Source: Planctomycetota bacterium (GTDB lineage Bacteria > Planctomycetota > B15-G4). From it: a stretch of DNA of 64,000 bases. How positions within the stretch are numbered: the stretch's first letter is position 1; each line of letters begins with the position of its first letter. The DNA is taken from positions 3,328,001-3,392,000 of the forward strand of contig CBDFJQ010000002.1 of assembly GCA_965248575.1 (NCBI GenBank). Reading direction: 5' to 3'. The notes beneath the pieces are model-generated. The model was not told the origin of the DNA, ran no database searches, and saw only the letters and a program-made list of their open reading frames with translations. The position numbers and the translations under genes are program-made. Positions 9,506 through 19,406 of this stretch are shown here, in pieces.

Positions 9506-11197
9506 TCAGGGACCTGATCCGGCGGGAGCCGGGCTGAGCAGGGCTGCGCGACGCAGCTTGGCCTCGAGCAGAGGCCGCAACACCCACGGGTGGCGCTTGA
9601 GGATGGCGGGGCTCAGGTCCTGGAGCAGCTTCTCGTAGCGAGCCAACCTCGCCTCCCGTGCTTCAGGGCTGTCGGGGTTCTCCGGCTCCGGAACTGGCAC
9701 CGGCTCGGGGTCGGCCTTGGGCTCCTGGGCTGACGCAAACTCGGCACTGGGCTCGATGCCTGGGGTCACGAGCCCCAGCTGCGACAGGTCGAGTCCCTCA
9801 AGCTCGGAGGAGAACTCCCCAAGCCAGTTGTTCACGGCAGCGAGCCGCGGGTCGTCGGCGTCGCCCTCGACCGGTGCCTGCTCCTCCAGCACCTTCTGGG
9901 CCTGCTGCAGACCACCGAACAAGAACTGTTCCTTCATCGCAGCGCCAATGTCCGAGAGCGCTTGGTTGTCGGTGATGTCCGGCAGCACGTCGAGCAGCAG
10001 GTTGGTGCCGTTCTCGACGATCTGGGCGATCTTCTTGCGTTGTTCCGTCAGCTCCCGGACTTGATTGATGTCCTCGCGCGCGATGGCGGCATCGATGGCT
10101 TCATCCAGGTTTCCGCCCTCTTCGTTCCGAATGGCATCCAAGGTGCTGTCACCGACCTGCACCGTCTGTTGAGCCACCTTGGCCTGGTTCGCTTCCTGGG
10201 TGCTCTCACTGCTCTGACCCTCGCTCTGCCAGGCGATGTAGGCCAGGAAGACGACGATGCTCGACAGCGCGATCATGCCCACCTTCGTGCGGTGCCGGCG
10301 CGCCGAGCGGACCACCCGACTGACTGCGCTGGGCGGAGCGGCCGTGATGGGCTCGCCATCTAGATAGCAACGCAAGTCATGCGCGAACGCCTCCGCGCTC
10401 TGGTAGCGATGCACCCGCCCCTTTTCCATCGCCTTGAGGCAGATGGTCTCGAGGTCGGCCGGTACACGTGGGTTGATCTTGGTTGGACGCTTCGGATCCT
10501 CGGTGAGGATCTTGCGCATGATCTCGTGGGAGCTCTGCCCTTGATAGGGCGGCTGGAGCGTCAACAGCTCATACAGCGTGACGCCCAAGGCGTAGATGTC
10601 TGAGCGATGGTCCACCGAGCCCCGTCGCGAGTCTGCCTGCTCCGGCGACATGTAGAACGGCGACCCTGCGAATTCGCCCGTCCTCGACAGCTCCAGCCCG
10701 TCCTCCACCTTGGCCAGGCCAAAGTCACCCAGGAAGGGTCGGTCGTTGTCGTCCAGCAGGATGTTGCTGGGCTTCACGTCCCGGTGAACGATGCCCCGCT
10801 CGTGAGCGTGCTGCATGGCTTCCGAGGTCTCGGCGAGCCAGAGCGCGGCTCGCCGGAAGTACCCCTTGGGGGGCTCACCCTTCTCCTTGAGGAGCGCGAG
10901 CTCATCGGCAACGGTTCGCCCCTCGCCCACCAGCTTCTGGGCGATGAAGAAGTCGCCGCCATCCTGCCCCCAGGCATAGACCGAGACGATGCTTGGGTGG
11001 TCCAGACGTGCGGCAGCGCGAGCCTCCCGCTCGAAGCGAGCCACCTCGTCAGCCGTGTGCACCCGGTGCTGATAAAGCACTTTGAGCGCCACTGGGCGGG
11101 CAAGGCTGATCTGCTCAGCGCGGTAGACAATCCCGAATCCGCCGCGTCCGATCTCCTCGACGATACGAAAATCGCCAAGACGATCAGGGATGGACAT
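9506..11197 (-). CDS. Hanks-type Ser/Thr protein kinase with TM helix and C-terminal helical region
   Basis: IGRGGFG, VALK, HRDVKPSN, DFGLA, GSPFYMSPEQ, DIYALG motifs; TM segment VGMIALSSIVVFLAYIAW. Confidence 0.95.
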   Translation of the reverse strand: MSIPDRLGDFRIVEEIGRGGFGIVYRAEQISLARPVALKVLYQHRVHTADEVARFEREARAAARLDHPSIVSVYAWGQDGGDFFIAQKLVGEGRTVADELALLKEKGEPPKGYFRRAALWLAETSEAMQHAHERGIVHRDVKPSNILLDDNDRPFLGDFGLAKVEDGLELSRTGEFAGSPFYMSPEQADSRRGSVDHRSDIYALGVTLYELLTLQPPYQGQSSHEIMRKILTEDPKRPTKINPRVPADLETICLKAMEKGRVHRYQSAEAFAHDLRCYLDGEPITAAPPSAVSRVVRSARRHRTKVGMIALSSIVVFLAYIAWQSEGQSSESTQEANQAKVAQQTVQVGDSTLDAIRNEEGGNLDEAIDAAIAREDINQVRELTEQRKKIAQIVENGTNLLLDVLPDITDNQALSDIGAAMKEQFLFGGLQQAQKVLEEQAPVEGDADDPRLAAVNNWLGEFSSELEGLDLSQLGLVTPGIEPSAEFASAQEPKADPEPVPVPEPENPDSPEAREARLARYEKLLQDLSPAILKRHPWVLRPLLEAKLRRAALLSPAPAGSGP

Positions 11198-11200
11198 GGA

Positions 11201-12493
11201 CTACCTCCGGACTTCGAACGACGCGAGGAACTTGTTGTTGTCCCCCGTCTCGCGCACCTTCGCCATGAGCAGTTGCATGGCCTCTACAGGGTGCATCTGG
11301 CTCATGACCCGGCGCAACATCACAACCTTCCGATACACATCAGGAGGCAGCAGCAGCTCCTCCTTCCTAGTTCCGGATCGGTTGATGTCGATTGCAGGCC
11401 AAACTCGGCGTTCGGCCAGCTCGCGGGACAAAACCAGCTCCATGTTGCCGGTTCCCTTGAACTCTTCGAAGATCACCTCGTCCATGCGACTGCCGGTTTC
11501 GATCAGCGCAGTCGCCAAAATCGTCAGAGAACCGCCGCCTTCGAGGTTGCGGGCGGCCCCGAAGAAGGCCTTGGGCTTCTCGAGCGTCCTGGAATCGACA
11601 CCGCCCGAGAGGGTACGCCCCGAGTTCCGGACCGTGACGTTGTAGGCCCGGCCCAGGCGGGTGAGGGAGTCCATCACGATCAGGACGTCCTTCCCCTGCT
11701 CCACGAGGCGCTTGGCCCGCTCGATGGTGAGTTCCGTCACCCGGCAGTGGCGTTCCGCCGGCTCGTCGTTGGTGGAGGCGATCACCTCGCCCTGGACGCT
11801 GCGACGGAAATGGGTCGCCTCCTCAGGCCGCTCATCCACGAGCAGGACGATGAGATGGACGTCCGGGTACTCCGTGCTCACCCGGTTGGCCACCTGCTGC
11901 AGAAGGATGGTCTTGCCCGAGCGGGGCGGAGCGGTGATCAAACCGCGCTGACCCCTGCCAACCGGGGTGATCAAATCGAGCACCCGCATGTTTTCCGGCG
12001 CACCGTTGTCACCTGGCTCCGACGTACCGCCTTCCAACACCAGGCGCTGCTCGGGGTCGATCGAGGTGAGCTGCTTGAAGATCGGCATGGCCTGGGCTTC
12101 GGCGGGCGTCATGCCGTTCACGCTGTCCAGGTCCACCAGGGTAATGCGGCCCTTGATGCGTTCTGCTGACCCAACGATCTCCTGGCCTGGTCGCAAACCT
12201 TCGGCGCGGGACAGGGCTGCCTGTACGAAGGCGTCTTCCTCGTCCGGCACGAAGTTCTCTGAAATCCGCCGCAGCCAGCCCTGGCCGTCAGGGTTCAGCT
12301 CCAGGATGCCTGCGACTTCGAGGCGCGGCTGTGGTCCATAGGGCACGTCGTCGCCGCGGCTCTGCTGTCCACCGCCGCCACCACCACTGCCTCCACCACC
12401 ACCACCGCCGCCCTGGTAGCCGCCACCCTTGCGGCCCTTGCCGCGGCGACGGCGCGAGCGCCTCGAACGTGATTTGGTCTGTTCCTGCGTCAT
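11201..12493 (-). CDS. rho: Transcription termination factor Rho with Arg/Gly-rich N-terminus
   Basis: GRGQRGLI, APPRSGKT, DERPEE, DSLTRL, SGGVD, FEEFKGTGNMEL, SGTRKEELL motifs. ATG 12493 follows an SD-like GGAAG. Confidence 0.96.
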   Translation of the reverse strand: MTQEQTKSRSRRSRRRRGKGRKGGGYQGGGGGGGGSGGGGGGQQSRGDDVPYGPQPRLEVAGILELNPDGQGWLRRISENFVPDEEDAFVQAALSRAEGLRPGQEIVGSAERIKGRITLVDLDSVNGMTPAEAQAMPIFKQLTSIDPEQRLVLEGGTSEPGDNGAPENMRVLDLITPVGRGQRGLITAPPRSGKTILLQQVANRVSTEYPDVHLIVLLVDERPEEATHFRRSVQGEVIASTNDEPAERHCRVTELTIERAKRLVEQGKDVLIVMDSLTRLGRAYNVTVRNSGRTLSGGVDSRTLEKPKAFFGAARNLEGGGSLTILATALIETGSRMDEVIFEEFKGTGNMELVLSRELAERRVWPAIDINRSGTRKEELLLPPDVYRKVVMLRRVMSQMHPVEAMQLLMAKVRETGDNNKFLASFEVRR

Positions 12494-12777
12494 ACGATCT
12501 TCCTTTCGTCCGGTTTTCTCTGTTCCGGATCCTGCGAATGGACTGCCGGGGCCGCCGAAGCGGGCGTAAACGGCGTGCGCTGAGCGCAAGCAGCCTGAAA
12601 TCCTGACCTCGTGCCAGAGGTGAGGAGCTCCTGTGTGGAAGCAACGTCCCCAGGCCGTCCCGCCAGGCAGCCGAGAGTGGTCGCGGGTCCCGCGACTCAG
12701 AGGCCACTCCCGCTCTGGGAGCAACCGTCCTCGCATTCCACGGTTTTATTCTGACTTGGGATCGCGTCGATTGCCAA
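12494..12777 (-). promoter_or_regulatory. Long structured rho leader with candidate sigma70 promoter
   Basis: Minus-strand TTGGCA (12777-12772)-18 nt-CAGAAT (12753-12748). Nested stems GAGTGG/CCACTC and GTCGCGGG/CCCGCGAC near 12675-12710. Confidence 0.4.
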
Positions 12778-12796
12778 GCAGAATCCTCAAGACAGC

Positions 12797-13762
12797 ATGA
12801 AAACGCCCCGCGCCCTCCCCCTTCTCCCGGCTGTTCTTATGGCGGCCCTGCTTGGTGCCTGCACAGCCTCACAGCCCAGTTCGCCCTGGGAGAGCCGTCT
12901 GGCTCCGGCCCTCTGCAGCCGGGCTGAGGAGCAGCTCTCAGCCAAAGACCCAAACGCTGCCAAGCTGAGCGCCACGCAGGCTTTGGAGCAGGCCCGGGCC
13001 CAGAAAGACGCCCTTTCCGAGGCCCGCGCCCTAGGGGTCCTGGGCTTGATCAACCAATCCCGGGGACAGTTGGACCGGGCCGCCCAGCTGATGTTGGACG
13101 TGCCGTGGGAAGAGGACTCAGGCTGGCTGGCCCGCCTTGCCTTCGCCCAGTTGGCCATCCAGAACGATGCGCCTGAGGATGCGCTGGCCACCCTTGAACC
13201 CCTGGTCGATCGCACCGCTGACTGGGCAGATGTCCACAAGCGGGCCCTTGCCGAAGCCCGGGCCTACCACATGCTCGCCACCCTCGGTCGCCAACAGGGC
13301 CAGCTGGAGGACGCCCGCAAGCACCAGAGGTGGGCAGCGCTCCAGATCAGCGTGCTTCCCGACGGGGAGCTCGCCCGCCTCCGTCGACAGATCGCCCAGG
13401 CCCTCGGGGACGACTACGCGGCCCAGGCCCTCTTCGAGCAGGCATTCATCGAACACGCCCGTGCGGCGAACATGGCCGCGAAGCTCAACGAGCCCCTCGC
13501 TCGTCTCCAAGCTACGCGCTCCATGAGCCGGGACCTCGTGCTGCTCGACCGTCTCGCCGATGCCGTCGATCACTACGGGCGAACCCTGGGGCTTGCCCGC
13601 GAGCTCGACGATTGGACGGCCATGGGTGACGTTGCCCGCGAAGCCCTGCACTGGCTCGACGCTCACGGAGAACCCTGGGACAGCACCAAGCGTCGCCTGT
13701 TCGTCGAAACGCTTCAGGAGCTGGACTTGAAAGCCCACGAGACAGCCCTCGATCGAGGGTGA
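12797..13762 (+). CDS. TPR-like helical-repeat lipoprotein
   Basis: Lipobox LLGAC; Ala/Leu-rich helical repeats (EARALGVLG, EARAYHMLA). Confidence 0.7.
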   Translation: MKTPRALPLLPAVLMAALLGACTASQPSSPWESRLAPALCSRAEEQLSAKDPNAAKLSATQALEQARAQKDALSEARALGVLGLINQSRGQLDRAAQLMLDVPWEEDSGWLARLAFAQLAIQNDAPEDALATLEPLVDRTADWADVHKRALAEARAYHMLATLGRQQGQLEDARKHQRWAALQISVLPDGELARLRRQIAQALGDDYAAQALFEQAFIEHARAANMAAKLNEPLARLQATRSMSRDLVLLDRLADAVDHYGRTLGLARELDDWTAMGDVAREALHWLDAHGEPWDSTKRRLFVETLQELDLKAHETALDRG

Positions 13763-13813
13763 TTACGTCGGGGCGAGAGATGAGTACATTGGTCGCAGCT
13801 CAGGGAGAACACG

Positions 13814-14566
13814 ATGACGCAGATCTACGCATCAGCCGACGAAGCACTGGCCGACATTGGTGACGGCGCAACGATTCTTGCCGGCGGCTTTGGCTTGTGC
13901 GGCATCCCCGAGAACCTCATCGCCGCCTTGGTTCGCCATGGCGCAACTGGCCTGACTGTGGTCTCCAACAACGCGGGCGTCGATGACTTCGGACTGGGAT
14001 TGCTGCTTCAAACGCGCCAGATCGCCAAGATGATCTCCACCTACGTGGGCGAGAACGACACCTTCGAGCGCCAATTCCTGACGGGCGAACTCGAAGTGGA
14101 GCTCGTGCCTCAGGGCACCTTCGCTGAGCGCATCCGCGCCGGTGGCGCCGGCATTCCTGCCTTCTACACACCGACCGGCCACGGCACCCAGATCGCTGAC
14201 GGCGGGCTGCCCATGCTGCACGACATCGACGGCAAGGTGGTCAAGACGAGCGACCCCAAGGAAACGCGCGATTTCGACGGACAGGCCTACGTGATGGAAA
14301 GAGCCATCGCGGGCGACTACGCCCTCGTGAAGGCCTGGAAAGCTGACGAATTCGGCAACCTGGTGTTCCGCAAGACGGCTCGCAACTTCAACCCGCTGAT
14401 GGCCACGGCAGCCAAGGTCACCATCGCCGAGGTGGAGGAGATCGTGCCGGCCGGCAGCCTCGACCCCGACCAGATCCACACGCCGGGGCTTTTCGTGCAG
14501 CGCTTGGTGCAGGGCAAGGACTACGAGAAGCGCATCGAACAGCGCACCGTGCGCGCAGGCAACTGA
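13814..14566 (+). CDS. scoA: 3-oxoacid CoA-transferase subunit A
   Basis: [45 protein letters not shown] motifs. Confidence 0.93.
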   Translation: MTQIYASADEALADIGDGATILAGGFGLCGIPENLIAALVRHGATGLTVVSNNAGVDDFGLGLLLQTRQIAKMISTYVGENDTFERQFLTGELEVELVPQGTFAERIRAGGAGIPAFYTPTGHGTQIADGGLPMLHDIDGKVVKTSDPKETRDFDGQAYVMERAIAGDYALVKAWKADEFGNLVFRKTARNFNPLMATAAKVTIAEVEEIVPAGSLDPDQIHTPGLFVQRLVQGKDYEKRIEQRTVRAGN

Positions 14567-14585
14567 GCAGGACCGGAGACGACCC

Positions 14586-15242
14586 ATGCTGGACCGCAAC
14601 GGAATCATCGCCCGCGCCGCGCAGGAGCTGGAGGACGGGCAGTACGTCAATCTGGGTATCGGCATCCCGACGCTCATTGCCAACGTCATCCCGGAAGGCA
14701 TGACCATCACGCTTCAAAGCGAGAACGGCATGCTCGGCATCGGCCCCTTCCCAACGGAGGACGAGGTCGACCCTGACCTCATCAACGCGGGCAAGCAGAC
14801 CATCTCCGAGATCCCGGGCTGCAGCTACTTCAACAGCGCCGACTCCTTCGGAATGATCCGCGGCGGCCACATCGACCAGTGCTTCCTCGGTGCCATGCAG
14901 GTCAGCCAGGACGGCGACCTCGCCAACTGGATGATCCCCGGCAAGATGGTCAAGGGCATGGGCGGAGCCATGGACCTCGTCGCGGGCGCCAGGCACGTGG
15001 TGGTCACGATGGAGCACTGCAACCGAAAGGGGCAGCCCAAGATCCTTGAGGCCTGCTCACTCCCGTTGACCGGAGTCGGGGTGGTGAGCCGCATCATCAC
15101 GGACCTGTGCGTGCTGGACGTCAAACCCGAAGGGGGCCTGCGACTCGTAGAACTCGCCCCGGGCGAAACCGCCGAAAGCGTCCTCGAGAAGACAGCCTGC
15201 GCAGTCGAAGTACCCGCGGATGTGCGCGAGATGTCGCTCTAG
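14586..15242 (+). CDS. scoB: 3-oxoacid CoA-transferase subunit B
   Basis: [14 protein letters not shown] (catalytic Glu), [16 protein letters not shown] motifs. Confidence 0.93.
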   Translation: MLDRNGIIARAAQELEDGQYVNLGIGIPTLIANVIPEGMTITLQSENGMLGIGPFPTEDEVDPDLINAGKQTISEIPGCSYFNSADSFGMIRGGHIDQCFLGAMQVSQDGDLANWMIPGKMVKGMGGAMDLVAGARHVVVTMEHCNRKGQPKILEACSLPLTGVGVVSRIITDLCVLDVKPEGGLRLVELAPGETAESVLEKTACAVEVPADVREMSL

Positions 15243-15322
15243 GGCCAGGCGCCAGACGCCGGTGACCGGCGCCAGCACCTCTCTTGTCGCGCGGAGCGTC
15301 TCAGCTCCCGCTCAGCACCCGC

Positions 15323-15586
15323 TCAGCTCTTGGGCGCTGCAGCAGCTGCTGGCCGCTTGAGACCCTTGCTGACCTTCCCCGACTTGATGCAACGCGTGCA
15401 GACCCGCACCCGCTGCATACGACCGTCCAGGAAAGACCGGACGTTCTGGATGTTCGGCTTGAAGCGACGGCGGGTCACGCCAGTCGTCTTGAGTCCGATA
15501 CCACCCTTGGGCTTGGCCAAACCACGGCGGGCGATGCTGTTGCCGACCTGGACCCGCTTTCCACAGAACTGGCAAACGCGGCTCAT
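15323..15586 (-). CDS. rpmB: 50S ribosomal protein L28
   Basis: MSRVCQFCGK...GN...RRFKPNIQ...VCTRCIKSG, Zn-ribbon form. Confidence 0.95.
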   Translation of the reverse strand: MSRVCQFCGKRVQVGNSIARRGLAKPKGGIGLKTTGVTRRRFKPNIQNVRSFLDGRMQRVRVCTRCIKSGKVSKGLKRPAAAAAPKS

Positions 15587-15670
15587 ATCCGTCGACTCGC
15601 TACTGGGGGACTTCGATCAAAAACGCCCCGGAACCCAGCGTCGGATTCCCTGAAGGGCGAAAGGCTCCTG

Positions 15671-15698
15671 ACTATACGGGTGAGCCCTTCTGCCGCAA
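15671..15698 (-). promoter_or_regulatory. Candidate sigma70 promoter of rpmB
   Basis: Minus-strand TTGCGG-16 nt-TATAGT about 85 nt upstream of the start codon. Confidence 0.5.
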
Positions 15699-15730
15699 GC
15701 CCCTCCGAGCCCTCAGGTCCGGGGGCTTGC
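15695..15730. terminator. Inverted repeat just downstream of the lptG-like gene
   Basis: GCAAGCCCC (15695-15703) / GGGGCTTGC (15722-15730); no clear U-tract. Confidence 0.3.
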
Positions 15731-15740
15731 AGGGCCCCGG

Positions 15741-16814
15741 TCAGGACTCGAGGGAGTCGAAGAGAACCGTGGCCAGACTCCCGGCCACGATCACCGGCAG
15801 CCAGGCCGCCAGGACCGGTTGGATGAAGCCCCGATTGCCGAAATCGCGCAGGGAAGCATCCAGGATCAGGAACGCCAGGCAGATCAGGATCGAGAACCCG
15901 AGCCCGCGCACGCGCTTGCTGGCCTCCAGCTTCACCACGAAGGGCATGGCCAGCAGCACCAGCAGCAGGATCGAGAGCGGGAAGGTCACGTGATAGTGCC
16001 GCAGCAGGCGGTATCGACGGGACAGGGGGTAGCGCTCGGCGAGACCCAGGACGTCGGAATAGGCCAGATCGAAGGGCATCCGCGACTCGGCCAGAAGCTC
16101 CTCGGGCCGGATGTCCGTCTTCACGAAGAAGACCTCCTGTTCCTGCGCCTCCTCACGCGTGTCTTGGCGCACCTGGGAGCGGCCGTTGCTCAGGCGCCAG
16201 CCACCGCTCTCTCCGTCCCACTGGGCTTGCTCGCCGGTGATGTGGACGTTTCGACCTTCAGCATCCTGGAAGCTCACGTTCAGCCGGCCGATCACCTGGC
16301 TGCTCACGTTGTAGTCGAAGGCCGAGAAGAGGCGCCCGTCGGCGTCCCGCATCTTCATCTTCTCGACCAGCCGGTCCTTGCCCTTCTCCAGCAGGCTCCA
16401 GCGCAGATCATCCCGTTGCAGGGCCACCGACGGAGCCCAAGACTCCTGCACAAAGACGAGCCCCGCAAGAAACACCAGGGTGAGCGTCAGGATGGGGAGG
16501 ATCACGCGCCGGGCCGAGCGACCCGTCAGGATCATCGCCATGAACTCGTTGTGGCGCTGAAGCCTGAGCAAGGTGATCAGCGCCGCCATGACCATGATGA
16601 AGGGTGCCACCTGCACGAAGATGGCAGGCAGCTGCAGCAGGTACATCCGGGCCACGTCGGAGGAGCTGAGCTCTGCCGCCTCAAGCCCTTCCAGGAAGTC
16701 GTCGAAGTGCGCGAAGACGTCGTAGACCCCGTAGAGTCCCACGAAAAACACGGCGCTCACCACCCAGGACGAGAGGAAGTACCGGGCGACGTATCGGTCG
16801 AGCCTCGAGATCAT
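15741..16814 (-). CDS. lptG: LptF/LptG-family permease (LptG-like)
   Basis: RLDRYV start, three N-terminal TMs, HNEFMAM, periplasmic beta domain, LAAWLP end. Confidence 0.75.
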   Translation of the reverse strand: MISRLDRYVARYFLSSWVVSAVFFVGLYGVYDVFAHFDDFLEGLEAAELSSSDVARMYLLQLPAIFVQVAPFIMVMAALITLLRLQRHNEFMAMILTGRSARRVILPILTLTLVFLAGLVFVQESWAPSVALQRDDLRWSLLEKGKDRLVEKMKMRDADGRLFSAFDYNVSSQVIGRLNVSFQDAEGRNVHITGEQAQWDGESGGWRLSNGRSQVRQDTREEAQEQEVFFVKTDIRPEELLAESRMPFDLAYSDVLGLAERYPLSRRYRLLRHYHVTFPLSILLLVLLAMPFVVKLEASKRVRGLGFSILICLAFLILDASLRDFGNRGFIQPVLAAWLPVIVAGSLATVLFDSLES

Positions 16815-17887
16815 GACGCCTCTAGCCGCCTCCAGATGAGGCCACTGGCCGCCAACAGGAGCACATGCCCGAGCCAGGCCGAGATCTCCGGAGCAACGGC
16901 GCCGCTCGCCGCCAAGGCGCCACTCACCTTCACCGACGGGTAGTACAGGAAAAGCGCCAACAGGAAGGCCACCAGGAAAGCCCCAACCCGGTCTGAACGA
17001 CGGAATCTGAGCGCCACGGGATACCCCAGCAGCACAAACACGAAACAGGCCACCGACGCCGAGGTGCGCATGGCCACCTCCGTCTTCACGTCGAGGGTCT
17101 TGTACAGCCCGCGCTCCTCTGGAGGCCGCTGCAGCCAGGCATAGAGCTGCGCCGTGGTCATGGACTGCAGGTTCAGCTCACCGAATTTGATGTCGAGCGA
17201 TCGCGTGATGATCGTGCCCTCAGCCAAGCCGTCAGCCTGGTCCCCCACGACCGTCTCGAACTTGCCGAGCTTCAGCACGAGCAGTGCCCGTTCGCGGTCC
17301 ACGAACATCTCCGCCGTCTCTGCGAGGATCTCCTGGATCACATCACCGTCATCGGTGGTCCACTGGATCACCATGTCGTGCACCACGCCCTCAGCGTCGA
17401 TCCAAGCGGGCGCCACGGTGATCCCATCCGTCAACTCTTCCGGCTCTCCTGAAGCCAGCTTCTGGGCGATCACCACACCGGGGTCAACGCTCTTGGTGAT
17501 GCGCCGCTTGGAGCGCTCGGCGTAGGGCCGGCCCTCGTCCATGGCAAGCAACATCATCAAGGACATCACGGCCCCGAACACCAGCCCCGGTACTAGAAGG
17601 TGGAACGGGTGCACGCCACTGGCGCGCAAGGTATCGACCTCATTGTCCGAGGCCGCCCGGCCATAGGTCAGCACCACCGCCACCAGGACGGAGATGGGCA
17701 TGACGATGTTCACGGTCACGCCCATGAACATCGGGACCATCTTCAGGAACAGCCAGAGCGACAGGCCATCCACGCTGCTGGCCACCTGGACGCTCGTGAT
17801 CAACAAGAGGATCAACACCAGCAGCAGGAGCGTGGTCAGGGCATTGCCCATGAGCTCCAGGAACAACCTGCGCTGGAAGAGCATCAT
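16811..17887 (-). CDS. lptF: LptF/LptG-family permease (LptF-like)
   Basis: YGRAASDNEVDTLRASGV signature; 3+3 TM topology. Confidence 0.78.
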   Translation of the reverse strand: MMLFQRRLFLELMGNALTTLLLLVLILLLITSVQVASSVDGLSLWLFLKMVPMFMGVTVNIVMPISVLVAVVLTYGRAASDNEVDTLRASGVHPFHLLVPGLVFGAVMSLMMLLAMDEGRPYAERSKRRITKSVDPGVVIAQKLASGEPEELTDGITVAPAWIDAEGVVHDMVIQWTTDDGDVIQEILAETAEMFVDRERALLVLKLGKFETVVGDQADGLAEGTIITRSLDIKFGELNLQSMTTAQLYAWLQRPPEERGLYKTLDVKTEVAMRTSASVACFVFVLLGYPVALRFRRSDRVGAFLVAFLLALFLYYPSVKVSGALAASGAVAPEISAWLGHVLLLAASGLIWRRLEAS

Positions 17888-18321
17888 CCTTCGGCGCCCT
17901 GCACGCCGGCCAGGCCCAGGATCTCGGCGGCTCGGGCGTTCATGCGGTCCCGCTTGGTGGGCGTGTCGTCATCCCAGCCCAGAAGATGCAGCGTGCCGTG
18001 TGCCACATAGAGCAGGAGCTCGTGGCGCGGGTCCTTGCCCCGGGCCTGTGCCTCGCGCAAGGCGGTCTCAGCGGACACCACCACCTCGCCGGACACGGCA
18101 TCTGGAGAAGGGTCGTCGTCATAATCGAAGGCGATGGAGTCCGTCGCCCAATCGTGGTCGAGGTGCTCCCGATTGACCTCGCGGATCACGGCGTCATTCA
18201 CCAAGGCGACAGAGATGTCCGCCGAACCAGCGCCCTCCGCCGCAAAGACGGCCTCCACCACCAGGCGAACGTCCCGCGCGCTGACCTTCACACGCCGCTG
18301 ACGATTGGCCACGGGTATCAC
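17884..18321 (-). CDS. ybeY: rRNA maturation endoribonuclease YbeY
   Basis: NREHL...TDSIAF and HGTLHLLGWDD metal motif (third His replaced by Asp). Confidence 0.9.
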   Translation of the reverse strand: MIPVANRQRRVKVSARDVRLVVEAVFAAEGAGSADISVALVNDAVIREVNREHLDHDWATDSIAFDYDDDPSPDAVSGEVVVSAETALREAQARGKDPRHELLLYVAHGTLHLLGWDDDTPTKRDRMNARAAEILGLAGVQGAEG

Positions 18322-19340
18322 CGCGACCCTCGAGCCTCCTCGTCCCGCTGCCGGGCTTCCCGATCCCGCTCCCGTTCTCGTTCGATCTTCCGCTCTTCCT
18401 GGTCGTAGGCGTTGACGATCTTCTGGACTAGCGGATGGCGCACGATGTCCTTCTTGTCCAAGCGGATCACACCGATCCCCGACACATTGCGCAGCAGCTT
18501 CTCAGAGGCGATCAAACCGCTCTCCTGATGTGGCTCGAGATCGGTCTGCGTGGCGTCGCCGGTCACGACCACCTTGCTCTTCTGACCCATGCGCGTCAGG
18601 AACATCTTCATCTGGCCGGGGGTCGTGTTCTGCGCCTCATCCAGGATGATGAAGGCGTTGTCGAGAGTGCGACCACGCATGAAGGCCAAGGGAGCAATCT
18701 CGATCACATCCGTGTCGATGAAATGCTGCAGGCGGCCCGGCTCGAGATGCGCACTCAAGGCATCGTAGAGCGGGCGCAAATACGGGTTGACCTTGGCCAC
18801 GTAGTCGCCGGGCAGGAACCCCAGGCGCTCACCCGCCTCCACCGCAGGGCGCACCAGGACAAGCTTCCTGAAATACCCTCGACGGAGCGCCGTGAGCGCG
18901 ACAGCAGCCGCGAGAAACGTCTTGCCGGTCCCGGCAGGGCCCATGGCGAAGATCGCCGTCTCCCGCTGCATGCAGCGCACGTACTGCTCTTGGCCCTTGC
19001 TCCGGAGCCGCATTCCCTCCGGCAGCCAGAGCCCACCGTCGCTCTTCTCCGACTGCTTCTCGGCCAGGGACTCCGCAGCACCTGCACCACGCCCCGTCTG
19101 CAGCATGTCGCTCAGGAGATCGGGAGGCAGATCGCCCGCGGAACGGATGCGCTCCAGCAACTGCCGCACCACACGCACGGCGTCGGAGACATCCTCCTCC
19201 GCGCCGTCGATGATCACGCGCCCCTTGCGCACCATCAAGGTGACGTTGAAGGCGTTGCGGATGGCGCGCGCGTTGGCGTCGCGCAAACCGAGGAGCGTGT
19301 GTTCTTCGTCGATGGAATGAAGCGGAACCGTGACGCTCAT
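18318..19340 (-). CDS. phoH: PhoH-family ATPase (YbeZ-like)
   Basis: GPAGTGKT, RPAVEAGERLGFLPG, PLAFMRGRT, DEAQN, VRHPLV motifs. Confidence 0.93.
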   Translation of the reverse strand: MSVTVPLHSIDEEHTLLGLRDANARAIRNAFNVTLMVRKGRVIIDGAEEDVSDAVRVVRQLLERIRSAGDLPPDLLSDMLQTGRGAGAAESLAEKQSEKSDGGLWLPEGMRLRSKGQEQYVRCMQRETAIFAMGPAGTGKTFLAAAVALTALRRGYFRKLVLVRPAVEAGERLGFLPGDYVAKVNPYLRPLYDALSAHLEPGRLQHFIDTDVIEIAPLAFMRGRTLDNAFIILDEAQNTTPGQMKMFLTRMGQKSKVVVTGDATQTDLEPHQESGLIASEKLLRNVSGIGVIRLDKKDIVRHPLVQKIVNAYDQEERKIERERERDREARQRDEEARGSR

Positions 19341-19406
19341 GAAGCACTCGTGTGCGGGCTACCTGAACTGCGCCCGATGACATTCATCGCGGCCTGCAGG
19401 TGGGTC

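Noticed and set aside
12368..12428. CCA/CCG trinucleotide run as a contingency microsatellite
   Set aside because: It is an imperfect run with mixed codons encoding the Rho poly-Gly tract.
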